Assembly (NCBI GenBank): GCA_958009085.1
Contig: OY253668.1
Coordinates: 930,001 to 994,000 of the forward strand
Direction: 5' to 3'
DNA length: 64,000 nt
Origin: Protoeuglena noctilucae
Lineage: Eukaryota
The first letter of the stretch is position 1, and every line of letters begins with the position of its first letter. The position numbers and the translations under genes were made by a program. Positions 12,448-23,700 of this stretch are shown here, in pieces. The notes under the pieces were generated by a model. It saw only the letters and a program-made list of their open reading frames with translations. It ran no database searches and had not been told where the DNA came from.

Positions 12448-14546
12448 CTACGGGGCGTGCACGGGCTTAGTCGTGCCATAATGCGTGCGCGGCGTGCAAT
12501 AACTGGCAATGCGTTCGCTGTACGGTTGCTCTGATGTCACAGCTGAATAACGCATCTCTGGCACGCCATGCTTCTGGTGCACGGCCTGCCAGTCGCAGCA
12601 CGCCGCTCGCGCTGTCAACCCCGGACACTCACAGCCCCAGGCACTCACCCGGGACTCGACGGGGACGACCGTGGCCGTCATCTTGCTGGCCGCGCCGTCC
12701 GCATTGGTCCGGCGGCCCACGGAGCTGGCCTTGTCCGCCTGCTTGCCCTCCTCCTCCTCCCCGATTCGCACGGGCGGGAGCTCCCTGTGACGGCGGGCAC
12801 GGCAGCGGAGGAGTGCGGGGAGCGGGCGTGGCGAGCACGGGCGACCCGCGGGACGTCCCTGCGCCCTCCAGGCCATGCCAGGCTTCAACAAGCCTCACCG
12901 GTAGAAGGAGAGTTGCTTGCGGACCTTCTTGACCTGCTTGCCGAAGAAGACGGCGATGGCGACGCCGTAGATGACGGCGACGTTGAGGAGGAAGAGCACG
13001 AAGGAGATGCCGGCGATGCGTGCAAACTCGACGGGGTCGTGGGCGCCGGGGTAGGAGCGGGCGACCATGCAGAAGGCGAGGCACATGCCCGTGTTGACGA
13101 CGGGGGGCAGCAGGGACGCGGCGATGGCCACGCCCACGAGGCTGTTGCCGCCCCCGCCCGTGACGGAGAGCGCCACGCCCGCGCCGGACGGGATGGCGAA
13201 GGCGAGGCCGACCAGCAGGTTGACCGCCTGGCCCCGGCTGAGCATCTCGTTGGTGGGCCAGTCGTAGAAGTTGCACAAGGGCGACAGCACGAAGCCCAGC
13301 ACGACACCCACGCCCAACGTGAGCCCGACCCCCACGAGCTCGGCCTTTAGTCCCCCGCAGAAGAGGTCTCTGTCGCGCACCACCGTTCCGAAGGTGAAAC
13401 CGAGAATAGGCCCCATCATGGGCGATACCAACATGCTGGCTACAATCATTACCGTGTTATCCGTACTGCGGCGGGGTCAGGGAGCAAGGAGATACGGTCG
13501 TGCCCGCCGGAGCAACCTGACATGTCTAACGGTGTTTCCCCACTCACGCGAGCCCGATGGCGGCGATGGCGGCCGCGACAAGGATGAAATACACGTAATC
13601 GGGGCGCAGGTCGGCCCCCTCGGACACGTCGTTGTAGATTTCCTCCACGGCGAGGCGGGCGGCGATGCGGCGGGCCTCGGTGCCGTTCTTGCGGGGCCGC
13701 AGGTTCTTCCTCTGCGGACGGTCGCGGTGCCAGGTCGGGTGCGAGAGGAAGTGAGAGACCTGCCGCGCCGGAGCCGTGAGATCGCCAGGCAGAGTCCAGG
13801 CGAGCATGCAGGCGCTGCCTGCATGCTTGGGACCCAGCCCCCTGGGGGCTGGGGTGACTCGATGGCAGTCACGCGCACCTTGGGCAAGGGCTTGAGCACC
13901 TCCACAGAGATAAGAGCGACGCGCCCGTACGCCACCCCGCATCCGATTTTGTCGAGCTCGTTCATCACGTGAGAAGTCAGTTCGTGCGATGCATAGAGGG
14001 TGATGATGGACGACTCCGCGCCTGATATCCTGCAGTTGGTGAGGGCGAGGGCGAGGGGATGGAGGTGGATGGGGCGGGGAATGACGGTGTGCAGGAAAGA
14101 GCTAGGAGGGTGGAAGGGGAGGCGAGAGAAGAGCGAGGAGGAGTGTGAGGTGTGGAGGGGGTTGAGGAGAGGGGCGGGAGGGGCATGAGGAGGGGCAGAG
14201 AGGGAAGGGAGGGGAGGGTGAGGGGCGGAAGGGGTGACGTGCTGGGTGACCAGTTGATCGCCGCGTCGCGCCCGACCACACGCCTCGCGTGCCAGTACAT
14301 CGCATGCGATTCTGAACACCGTGCAGTCTGGCCCAAGTACCTCGTCATCGCTCGCACGCCGCATTCTTCCTGCAAAGTCTTCACGACCAGATCGCCCTTG
14401 TCCTGGGGCACTGCGGGCGAAAGACCATCTCTTTTTAGCATAGACTTTCATTACCTGAGTCGATATGGCCAAACGCGGGGTCCTAGATGTCCGCGCGCGG
14501 TGACATCCGGCAACGTGCGTGCACCTGTTACGGTGATTTGTCGCAT
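12448..14546 (-). CDS. DUF389 family multi-pass membrane protein
   Basis: Hallmark motifs ILVAAAIAAIGL..DNTVMIVASMLVSPMMGPI, EMLSR and SLVGVAIAASLLPPVVNTG, with several hydrophobic helices. Multi-exon, starting MRQITVT. Confidence 0.85.
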
Positions 14547-14968
14547 CGATGACGGGGCCTGGGTGAGCAGTCGGCTGGCCTGAGTCCCCAGCGACTGCCG
14601 ATGGCTGACCCACGCCGGCCCAGGCGAGCAAGACACCGACTGGCAACCGCTGACGCTTCGAGCGAGCAACTGACCTCGCCAGCGCCTCACACATCCGTTT
14701 CCATTCCCACCAGTCATTGCAAGAACGTGACTGAGTGGGGCGAGGGCGTCAACCGTGGGCGTCAGCCACGGTGGCAGTGAATGTGTGTCAATTTGCGCAG
14801 AAGGGTGAAAAGCCGCTGGTGGACCGACAGGAGCAACGATGCGAGCCTTTATAGGACAAGGCGAGCGTCTGACGCGCGTCGGCGAGGCGCCACGACACGG
14901 CGCAATCATGTTGGACTCTGACTCCGCGCTCCGCACTCGCAGGGCAATGACCGCGTCGCTGGGGCCAA

Positions 14969-15772
14969 ATGCGGCTGCAAGGATGCGCGAAGTGCGCTAG
15001 CGTGCCCGGCGTAAGCACCCGGGGCGGCGGGCGGGCCGTGCCCCACCATAGCCTGCGCGGGAGGCATCGCCCTCGGAGCGTGTTGCTCGTCTCTGCGGCC
15101 TGCGTCGATTCAGTCATCCCTGAGCCCCTCGGCGAGCGCGCTGCGCTCGACCCCGGGCCCACCGACCCGGCCTTCATGCGGGACGCGCTCGCGGAGGCGC
15201 GGCGTGCAGCCGCGCTGGGGGAGGTGCCCGTCGGGGCCGTAGTCGTGCGCGACGGCCGCGTGGTCGCCCGCGCCCACAACCGCACCGAGTCGTCCTGCGA
15301 CCCGACCGCCCACGCCGAGGTTCTGGCGGTGCGGGCCGCCGCGGCGGCGTGCGGGAGCTGGCGGCTGACGGGGGCCATGCTCTACGTGACGCTGGAGCCG
15401 TGCCCCATGTGTGTCGGCGCGCTGCTCCACGCACGCGTCTCCCGTATCGTCTTCGGCGCCCCGGGCGTGGACGCGGCCACGCGGCTCCTGCCTCGTGGCG
15501 AGAGGCTGCACCCCGCGGACGCACAGCGCCAGCGCAGCATCGAGCGCAGGCAGGACCGGGAGATTGCGGCTACTTCCGGACTCGGCTCGGACGACGGGTC
15601 CAGCGCGTCTGAGATCGGGCGGGCCCTGGGCTCCGTGCGGTCGGGTCCCCTGCCCATGGGGAGCCACGGCGCTGGCGCGGCCATCGCAGTGCGGGGTGGG
15701 GTGCTCGAAGACGAATGCGCGAGCGTCATGCGAGAGTTTTTCATGGAAAGGCGCCGAGGGTCCGGCCATTGA
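14969..15772 (+). CDS. TADA: tRNA adenosine-34 deaminase, TadA type, probably organelle-targeted
   Basis: [28 protein letters not shown] and [15 protein letters not shown] motifs. The Arg/Ser/Ala-rich N-terminal extension resembles a transit peptide. Intronless ORF. Confidence 0.92.
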   Translation: MRLQGCAKCASVPGVSTRGGGRAVPHHSLRGRHRPRSVLLVSAACVDSVIPEPLGERAALDPGPTDPAFMRDALAEARRAAALGEVPVGAVVVRDGRVVARAHNRTESSCDPTAHAEVLAVRAAAAACGSWRLTGAMLYVTLEPCPMCVGALLHARVSRIVFGAPGVDAATRLLPRGERLHPADAQRQRSIERRQDREIAATSGLGSDDGSSASEIGRALGSVRSGPLPMGSHGAGAAIAVRGGVLEDECASVMREFFMERRRGSGH

Positions 15773-15783
15773 ATGCGCTGGCG

Positions 15784-16579
15784 TCAACTCGGGCCACTGG
15801 CGCCAGCCTTACGTGCTTCGCGGATGGCGCGGAGCAACCGCTGCACAGACGTGCCACGCATCCGCTGCGCCACGCCCTCTCCTTTCCCGAACTGCAGTGT
15901 CCTGCGCCGCAGCTCCACCCCCCACAACCCACCCCGCACCCCGTCAAACAACACAGGCGGGTCGACACGATCCTCTCCGTCCTCTCGGGCATCGTCCTTG
16001 AAACCCGGCCAGCCATCGGCTCCACGGGCGCCTGCCCCATCGCCGTCCCTGCCTGCTGCGCCGTGCGCATCCCCATCTTCGTCCCCCGCACCAAGCGTGA
16101 ACGATGGCGGGATCCCTGTGACAGACCCACAGAGACAGACTTTTTGAGAAAGTTGTTGTGAACACATGGTACGCGGCGCCCAGGCAGGTCCACACCTTTG
16201 CCCAGGGCGAACGGCGTCGTGCCCACGTGCGGCGCAGTCCCGATGACGGCCCGTAGTCGGCCTGCCTTTGCTCGATCGGCTTCTGGGAGAGCAGCTTGAT
16301 CCCTTGCGCCCCCCAAGTCCACGCGGATAGTCTGCTGCGTCCCTGCGACGGTAATGTGCCAGGGAGGATGGTGTAGCCGCTGCGGCACTGCAGAATTGCA
16401 AGCCAGGGCGCGAGCCAGGGTCGCAACCATCGCACCGCACCGTAGACGTGCACGTCTAGCCTGCCCCCGGGCTTCACGGCTTTCCTCTCAACATCCTCAA
16501 GCTGCGCTGCTTGTCCGTATGCGATGGCTCGCGCACATGGCGTCGACACACAGACGGCTTGCCGCGCCGCACGGAGCAT
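15784..16579 (-). CDS. Hypothetical protein, possible mitochondrial presequence
   Basis: ORF begins MLRAARQAVCVSTPCARAIAY, and plausible GT-AG introns are present. No recognised domain; exon structure is uncertain. Confidence 0.3.
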
Positions 16580-16803
16580 GGTTGAATGAAAATGAAGCTC
16601 CGCGAAGCGACGACAGATCCAGCCACATCGACTTATCCCATGAGCCAGCGGTGCGTCGCATCGCCGATAAATCCACGGCGTCGGTCAGAAATGGCAGGTG
16701 TCGCTGACACGTCAACCGAACCAGGAAACTTCAGGCCGCGGGGACTCCACGCCCCGCCAGGTTGCGCACGTGACGTCACGTACACTGTCGCAACCGCTCC
16801 ACA

Positions 16804-17738
16804 ATGTCGTACGGCTATCCGGACCTCCGCGGAGGGGGTGCGGGACCGCAGGGGCTCAGCCTCGGGCAAACTGGGGAGCCACGGTCCCGGGTGAGGTATT
16901 TCAAAGTTCGTACGATGCAAGACTTCATACTGTTGCCCCGCACGCTTGACGTTCTGCTTGAATTGTCCACAGGAACGCGTCGTCTCTGCGAATCGCTCTC
17001 CGCTGTCCCCCGGAGGAGGCGCCGTGCCCCCGCCGGCGTCGCTGCGGTTCGCGTCAGCAGACGTAGAGCGTCCCGTGCCCATCCCCGCGCTGGACTTACC
17101 GACGACGAGCTCAGGGGTGAGGACTGCGGACTAGTCCTCCATTCGCTCGCTCGCCTCCTTTTGCCACGCGCTCCGTTGCTAACGGAGGCCCATTTGTAGG
17201 GCATGCAGGATGTCAAGGTGCCCACCACCGTAGCGGAGCGGGTGCTGAGCAGCGAGGGCGCGGGAGGGTCCGCGGGAAAGGAGGCGGTGATGCCGCCGTG
17301 AAAGCCGCAGCGCACAGGCTTAAGGCGAGTAAGGCCAAGGGAAGAGCGTAGTCGGTGCCGTTGCATGTCCGGCGACACCTCTGCCCTTTGTCGTGAACGA
17401 GCAGGAAAGGGTCACCGGGTCGCCAGCGCTGACGGGCCTGCCGGAGGAGGCGAAGCTCTACGTGGCCCTTTTGGCAGGGTCCAGCGCTCCTGAAAGGTGA
17501 CATGGCGAGGCTAGTGGCTCCCGCCCGATCACCGAGATCCGCGTGACGGACCTCCTGGCTCCTGGCACGCGACTGCAGTGCGGTGCAAGGCGTTGCGTCG
17601 GCCTTCCAGAGCCTGCGGGAGATGGGCATCCCCGCGTCCCTGGCTGCGGGGGCCATGGCGCTCAAGGGGGCGAAGAGGAAGGACACCGCCGAGTTCCTGG
17701 CGTGCGTGGACCTCTGCATCAGTTCCCAGTCACACTGA
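16804..17738 (+). CDS. Small protein with C-terminal UBA-like domain
   Basis: Five-exon model from MSYGYPDL ending AFQSLREMGIPASLAAGAMAL...VDLCISSQSH*. LREMG[FI] is the typical UBA helix1-loop motif. Confidence 0.45.
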
Positions 17739-17875
17739 GCGCATGCGTCAGTGTCTTGTGGATGTGCTGAGCGGAATTCATGCCAAACTTCAGCTAAAGC
17801 GATTCGTTTGAAGCCGCAAGCGGGCCGACGCCTCCACGACTCCGCGCCGGCTCCGCCCACGCCTGCCTCTGCCCG

Positions 17876-20295
17876 TCATGCGGCGCGGAAGGTCTCGGCG
17901 TACGACTCGTCCTCGTCAAAGTCAATCGACTTCTGCACCGCCTCCAGCTCCGCCTTCGCCACCTGGGGACATGGGCGGCTGGGCCTTCACGTGTCGCCAG
18001 CGACCGCCAGCGAGCCCGCTCAAAGAGACCGCAGTAACGTCCCCCACGCGCCACCACCACTCGCCTCAGCCACGGTGCGCTCGGGGTAGCGGATGCAGTA
18101 GTCGAGCGCGAAGACCGTGGTGGGGACGGCCAGCAGGAGGCCCCAGACGCCGAGGGAGTGCTCGGCGAAGAAGAGAACCGCCAGGACGATGAGGGGGTGG
18201 AGCTTGAGGTGCGCGCTGTAGATGGCGGGGTTGAGGCCGTAAGCCTCGACGAAGTGGACGCCGACGACCATGGCGATGACCAGGGCCAGCTTGGCGAATC
18301 CGAACTGGGGGCGGTGGCCAGATGCGGTCGGTGGGCAGCCGCACGCGGCCACTGGCATCGGCATCGCAGAGCAACCTTATCGGCGCTCACTTCGGTAAGC
18401 GCGACGAAGCCCATGGGCACGGTGCTGAGGAACACGCCGGCGATGGGCACGAAGCCACAGATGAAGACGAAGAGGGACAGGAGGCCGATGCCGGGGAGGT
18501 TGAGAGCCCACATGCCCAGGCCTGGGGGCGCGTGGGGGGTGCACAGGTCTTGGTTGAGGAGACGGGCTGCCCTGCGCTCGGCTGGGCTGCGACGGTCATG
18601 GAGACGTCCGCATGCGCGGGCCGCCCCCCACCTGTGAGGACCGTGTTGGTGAGGGAGATGCGCGCCTGCGCTTCGAGGGCCTTGCCGAAGAGCGTCGCGA
18701 ACACTAGGACGGCGGGCGCCACCTCGTTGTACACGGGCGCGATGCGAGAGGAGGCCAGGGAGCGCACACCCTGGGCGATGGTGGGGAGGTCCCAGGTGAA
18801 CATGAAGGACAGGATGAGGGAGATGGCGACGTTGAGGGCGGCCTTGGTCGTGGCCGTCACGAGCGTCGTCGTCATGCGCACGGCCGACTCGGTGTACTCG
18901 GACAGCATGGCGTGCAGGGCGGACCCCACCACCTGGGTGCGCTTGGCGGCCGACTCGGTGGCGGCGGCCGCGGCACGCTGCAGATCCTCCGACGACACCA
19001 TCAGCACCAGCTGCTCGACCTTGTCCATGATGCCGTCGCCCAGGCCGTGGCGCATCTTGTCGAGGATCACCACCCACACCGAGTCGGACTGGAGCTTCAC
19101 GACAAAGTCGGCGCCCTCCTTAATCAACGACGGGATCGTTAGCAAGCCGAAGAGGCTGCAAGCGGAAGAAAGGCGAGCGGGCCCAGGTACGCGCCGGCCC
19201 GTTGTGCTTCCGACACTTGGGATCATGCCAGGCGAGTTGGCAAGGGCAGGGCGGCGGCCAGCTCCCTGGGACTGCCATCAGAATCGTGCTGCCGCGGCGG
19301 GGCTCCCCGCCGCCCCTCGCGTGGCGTGCCCCTCACCTGACGAGGCCGATGATGAGCGCGTAGTACAGGAGCACGGAGCCCCGCCGCCGCCAGGTGGGAG
19401 GGACAAAGCGCAGCTGCCGGATGCCTGACAGGGAATTGACGAAACCGTTGCCGAGGAAGGACAGGATGAAGGTGAGCATGATGATGGTGAAGAAGTCGTG
19501 CAGGGCGAAAGCCACAGCGCCGGTGAGGGTCCAGAGGATTGCCCGCTGCAACTCCAAGAACGAGGCAAAGGGGGCGCAATCAGTCTACGGCGAGCCGCGG
19601 AGCGCGCGCCGGCGCGGCGCTGTGATGCGTCCCGATGCCCCGCGCGCTCCCCGGGGCGCGGCGCCGCACAACCGTGGAGCCCAGTGCTCGATCTAAACAC
19701 ACAACATCATAAGTGGCTCATCGACGCGAGCATCGCCCCGCAAACCGCGGAGTCGAGCGCAGGGAGGCTGATGTGCCCCGCCCTCGCCTTCCAAGGGAAG
19801 TTCCTCAGCCACAAGATGAACTCGTCAAGCTCCGTCCTCGGCGATGCCTTTGCCTGCAAACGAGGGCACCGGGGAGATGGCGTCACGCCTCCTATACATG
19901 GCCCGGGCGGAGATGCCGCCGAGCCCCTTGATGAAGGCCAAGGAGTCCGCTTTTCGCGAAGAGCAAGAGATCCTTGCGCCCGACAGGCACGCACACACTT
20001 CCTCTGCGCAAGCCGCGCCAGTCCTCACCCCCACAGGCACCGCTATCGAGGGAGGGGAGAACGACGCGGCCCCCGGCCCTCCCCGGTCGACCTCCCCTGG
20101 CCCAGCGGGCGACGCGTTACCCTCCGCTCTTGGAGCCCTGGGTGCGGGTGGGGTAACCTTGCCCAGACCACATCGGATCCCGCGAGAAGAAGCCGAGGTG
20201 GAGGCAGGGGGGTCCCTGGGTGGCCCGAAGCTCGGAAACGCCGCGCACAAGTGCGCTGGCGCACGCAGCGCGGACAGCCGCTTAAAAGGGTTCAT
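17876..20295 (-). CDS. AI-2E (PerM/UPF0118) family transporter, probable plastid transit peptide
   Basis: Hydrophobic helices with GKALEAQARIS, FICGFVPIAG, HFVEAYGLNPAIYSAHLKLHPLIVL and GVWGLLLAVP, typical of the AI-2E family. Ser/Arg/Ala/Pro-rich N-terminus. One intron (19546-19787) is apparently GC-AG. Confidence 0.85.
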
Positions 20296-20744
20296 GGCTG
20301 CCACGCTCGAGGAGGGGGGACACGCGCAGGCCCGCATCGCGGCTCGATGAGCGAATTGGCGCCCCGACGCGCCGGCCCGTCGCCTCCGGCTGTCAGCTAT
20401 CGAGCAACTGGTGGGGACCAGAGGTGGATGTCGGCACACAATCGCGCACGCAGTCAGCTCGGGCCAGCGGAGGACGTGGGCCCACCCGTTCGCTCCCAAA
20501 AACTACGGAGCGACTTTTTTTTGCCAATGAAAATTGCGTGTCGAGCAGCCTTGGGGGATCTTTTCGAACATCGGGCTTGCCGCCCCCCGAGTCAGCCCAC
20601 CTGTCACCTCAGGTAGGGCCCCTCCCCATGACGGCGACCGACCTCAAGGTCAAGGTCACTTTAAAAATGACATCCGGCGATGTCATTCATCGGAGCCTAA
20701 CACACACACGCAGCAAGGTGCACACTCGAGACGACTGTCCCTCG

Positions 20745-23700
20745 CTACAGGACCTCAACGACGCAGCAGGGCGTCCCCGCGCACGCCCATGCCCCGCCCC
20801 GCACCCAGTCGCTCCAGTCGCAGGCTTGTTTGGAGCCCTTGAGATGCACGATGAGAACGGCCGAGGGGTCGTGTCCCCGAGGCGCTAGCACCAGCATCGA
20901 GTCCCCGTGCCAGGCCAGCGTCACGGCGTCCAGGGCCGCCTCGTCCACCTGCCTGCCGTCCCGGTCCCACACACGCATCGTCTCGCTCTCAGAGTAGCTC
21001 GTCAGGGTGTCCGTCGCCTCGTCGAAGCGGAGTCCGGTGATCTGAGAGGAGCAACGGAGGCAGGGCAGAGATGAACCGGGGCACCTTGGACCGCACAGCG
21101 GCTGGCAGCCGTGCCAACCGCATCCGCCCTCCCCAGTCACCTTGCGTGCGTGCCTGCCATGCTCGGCGACGGCAGTCTTGCTCGCGACGTCCCACAGCCA
21201 CACCGACCCGTCGGCGGCCCCGCTACCGAGGCGAGCCCCGTCAGCGGAGAAGGCGAGGACCTGCACCGTGGCCTGGTGGCCCTCGAGGGAGCCCACGAGG
21301 CGGCGGTCGGCCACGCTCCACAGGTGCACGGCGCGGTCCGCGGATCCGCTCGCGAGGAGCGAGGCGTCTGGGCTGAACGTGAGGCTGCGGACGACGGCCG
21401 CGTGCCCGGCCAGGGCGCCGAGGAGCACCCCCGTGCGTGCCGCCCAGACGCGCACCGACGTGTCCTCCGAACCGCACGCCACCATCTGCGGGGAGGGCGA
21501 CAACCTAGGAGCCCGTCAGCGGATCCCCGACCAACGGGGGAGCCGGGAACGGCGGCTCCCCCGTCGTCACGCTGCGCGCCGCGAGCTGGGCTGGCGGGGT
21601 CACACCTCGCCGGTCCGGGACAGGGTCAGGGCGGTGATGGCCTTGGTGTGCCCGGTGCATGCCGCCACCGGTTGGAACGTGGCCGCGTCCCACGTGCGCG
21701 CCACGCGGTCAGGGGACGCCGTGGCAAACAGACCCCCCGCCCCCTCGGCCGTGGCCAGGAGCGTGACGCCGTCCGCGTGGCCCGACAGCGTGGCGCGCTT
21801 GTTGGGCTGCGCGGGGTTCCACACGATGGCCGTGTTGTCCCAGGAGGTGGAGACGAGGAAGCCGGTGGGCGAGCCGGGCACGGGGCAGAACGCCACGGCC
21901 GTCACGGCGCCCTGGTGGCACCCGGCGCCGCCCTGGGCCGCGTCGGCGGGGGACTTCTCCGAGACCACCTTGCCCATCGCAGCGTCCCAGACCACCACGC
22001 GGCCGTCGCTGAAGCCCGTGGCCACCAGCGACCCGTCGCAGCTCACGGCCGCCGCGCGCAGATGGAAGCTCGTGTCGCTGTCCTGGCGCCGCGTGGCCTG
22101 CAGGTCCCACATCCGCACGCTGCCGTCCACGGCCCCCGACACCAGCCTGCGCCAGTCGGACCCGAAGACCACCGACGACACTGCGGGGGAGGTGTGTTGA
22201 TGGAGCATGCAATCCTGTTCCTGGTCAGAGCGTCTCTGCAGCGCAGCGAGGCAACTGCAACAGCCGACGAGACCCTCACCAGCGCTCTTGTGGCCCCTCA
22301 GCTCGTGGAGCATCTGCAGCTTGGGCCGCACTTGCCAGACCTGGATGGTCCGGTCCTGGGACGCCGTGGCGATGACGTTGCCGTCCGCGCTGACGGCCAC
22401 GGCGTTGACCTCTCCGCGGTGTGCCACGTTGTCGCCCAGGGCCTGCGTCAGGCCGACCGGGCCCAGCTTCCAGAAGCTGACGCGGCGGTCCCAGGACGCG
22501 GAGATGAGGAGCGCGCAAGCGCGCTCGTAGACGAGGCAGCTGACGGAATCCTGGTGCGCCTCCCGCGTCACGAGGGCGCCGTCGGGGAGGCGCGTGATGC
22601 CGATGGCCTGGTCCCACGAGGCGGTGGCCAGCGTGGCGTCGTCGATGAAGACCACGTTGCTCACGACCTGCCGGTGCTCCGGGATGGCCCTGACCAGGGC
22701 GGCCCCGTCCGCGGCCCACACGCGCACCGTCGTGTCCTCGCTCCCCGCGGCGAGGTGCTGCCCGCCGGCGCTGAAGGCCAGGCACGTGACGCGCTCCTTG
22801 GAGCCATCGAGCGCCCGGAGGGCCTCGCCCGTCTCGGCGCTCCACAGCCGCACCATGTGGTCGTCCGACCCCGACGCCAGCAAGGGCCGCAAGGGGTGGA
22901 AGCAAACGCAGGACACGCGCCCGCTGTGCCCCTGCAGCGTGTGCCGGTGCTCCCCGCTCGTGGCGTCCCACAGGCACAGCGTGCAGTCCCACGACGCGGA
23001 GGCCAGCACTGCGCCGTCCGGGCTGAAGGCCGCATCGGAGACCTGCGCCTTGTGGCGCCGCAGGACGCTGCGCACGGCCCCGGACAGGCCGTCCCAGAGG
23101 CGCACCGTGGCGTCGCTCGACGCCGTGGCGAGCGTGAGGCCGTCCGGGCTGAACAGAACCTTGGTGATGGCCCGCGCGTGGCCCTGCAGCACGGCGCTGT
23201 TTGGCAGCACCTCCATCCCCCGCACCACGTGCATCCCCCCGCCGCCCTTCCACCGCCGCCCCGCCGCCGCCCGGTGCACCCAGGTCTCCGGGGGAGCCAG
23301 CAGCGCAAAGTCCTCCGCCCGGTCCGGGCACTGCCCGAGCAGCCCCGCAAACGTCCGCAGCCACCCGCGCGTCTCGGCCAGCATGGCCGCCGCGCCGCCC
23401 CGGCCCTTGAGGGCATCCTCCGTGGCGCTGACCAGCCCCACGAGGCGCCCCACCTCCTGGCCCTCCACGCACGCGCGCAGGAACCCCAGCGACGTGCACG
23501 CCTCCTGAGCCAGCTCCGGGCGGCCCCCCTCCAGCGCGTGGGAGACGAAGTGCCGCACGCAGTAAGGGCCCAGCCGCGCGAGCGAGTCGCCGTCCGCGCC
23601 CCCCGCGCCCAGCTCCCGGACTCGCGCGGCCCACGCCGTGGCGTGCACCACGTGGGCTCTGCCCTGGTCGACGTGCCAGGGGCTGTCCTAGTCCTGGAGC

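Noticed and set aside
14036..14240. Purine/G-run-rich tract as a regulatory G-quadruplex or repeat element
   Set aside because: It is the complement of a pyrimidine-rich intron of the DUF389 gene. Similar tracts occur in other introns here.
23688..23690. Genome-wide TAG-to-Gln reassignment as the explanation for the in-frame stop
   Set aside because: TAG appears to be the real terminator of OSCP1 (29416-29418) and Elongin B (56795-56797), and I saw no in-frame TAG/TAA in the other conserved genes.
14969..23690. Neighbouring TadA editing the NLR-like gene's UAG to UGG as a linked system
   Set aside because: This TadA is bacterial-type with a transit-like peptide and so is probably organellar. 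Proximity is the only link, and the second lesion (frameshift) would not be repaired by editing.
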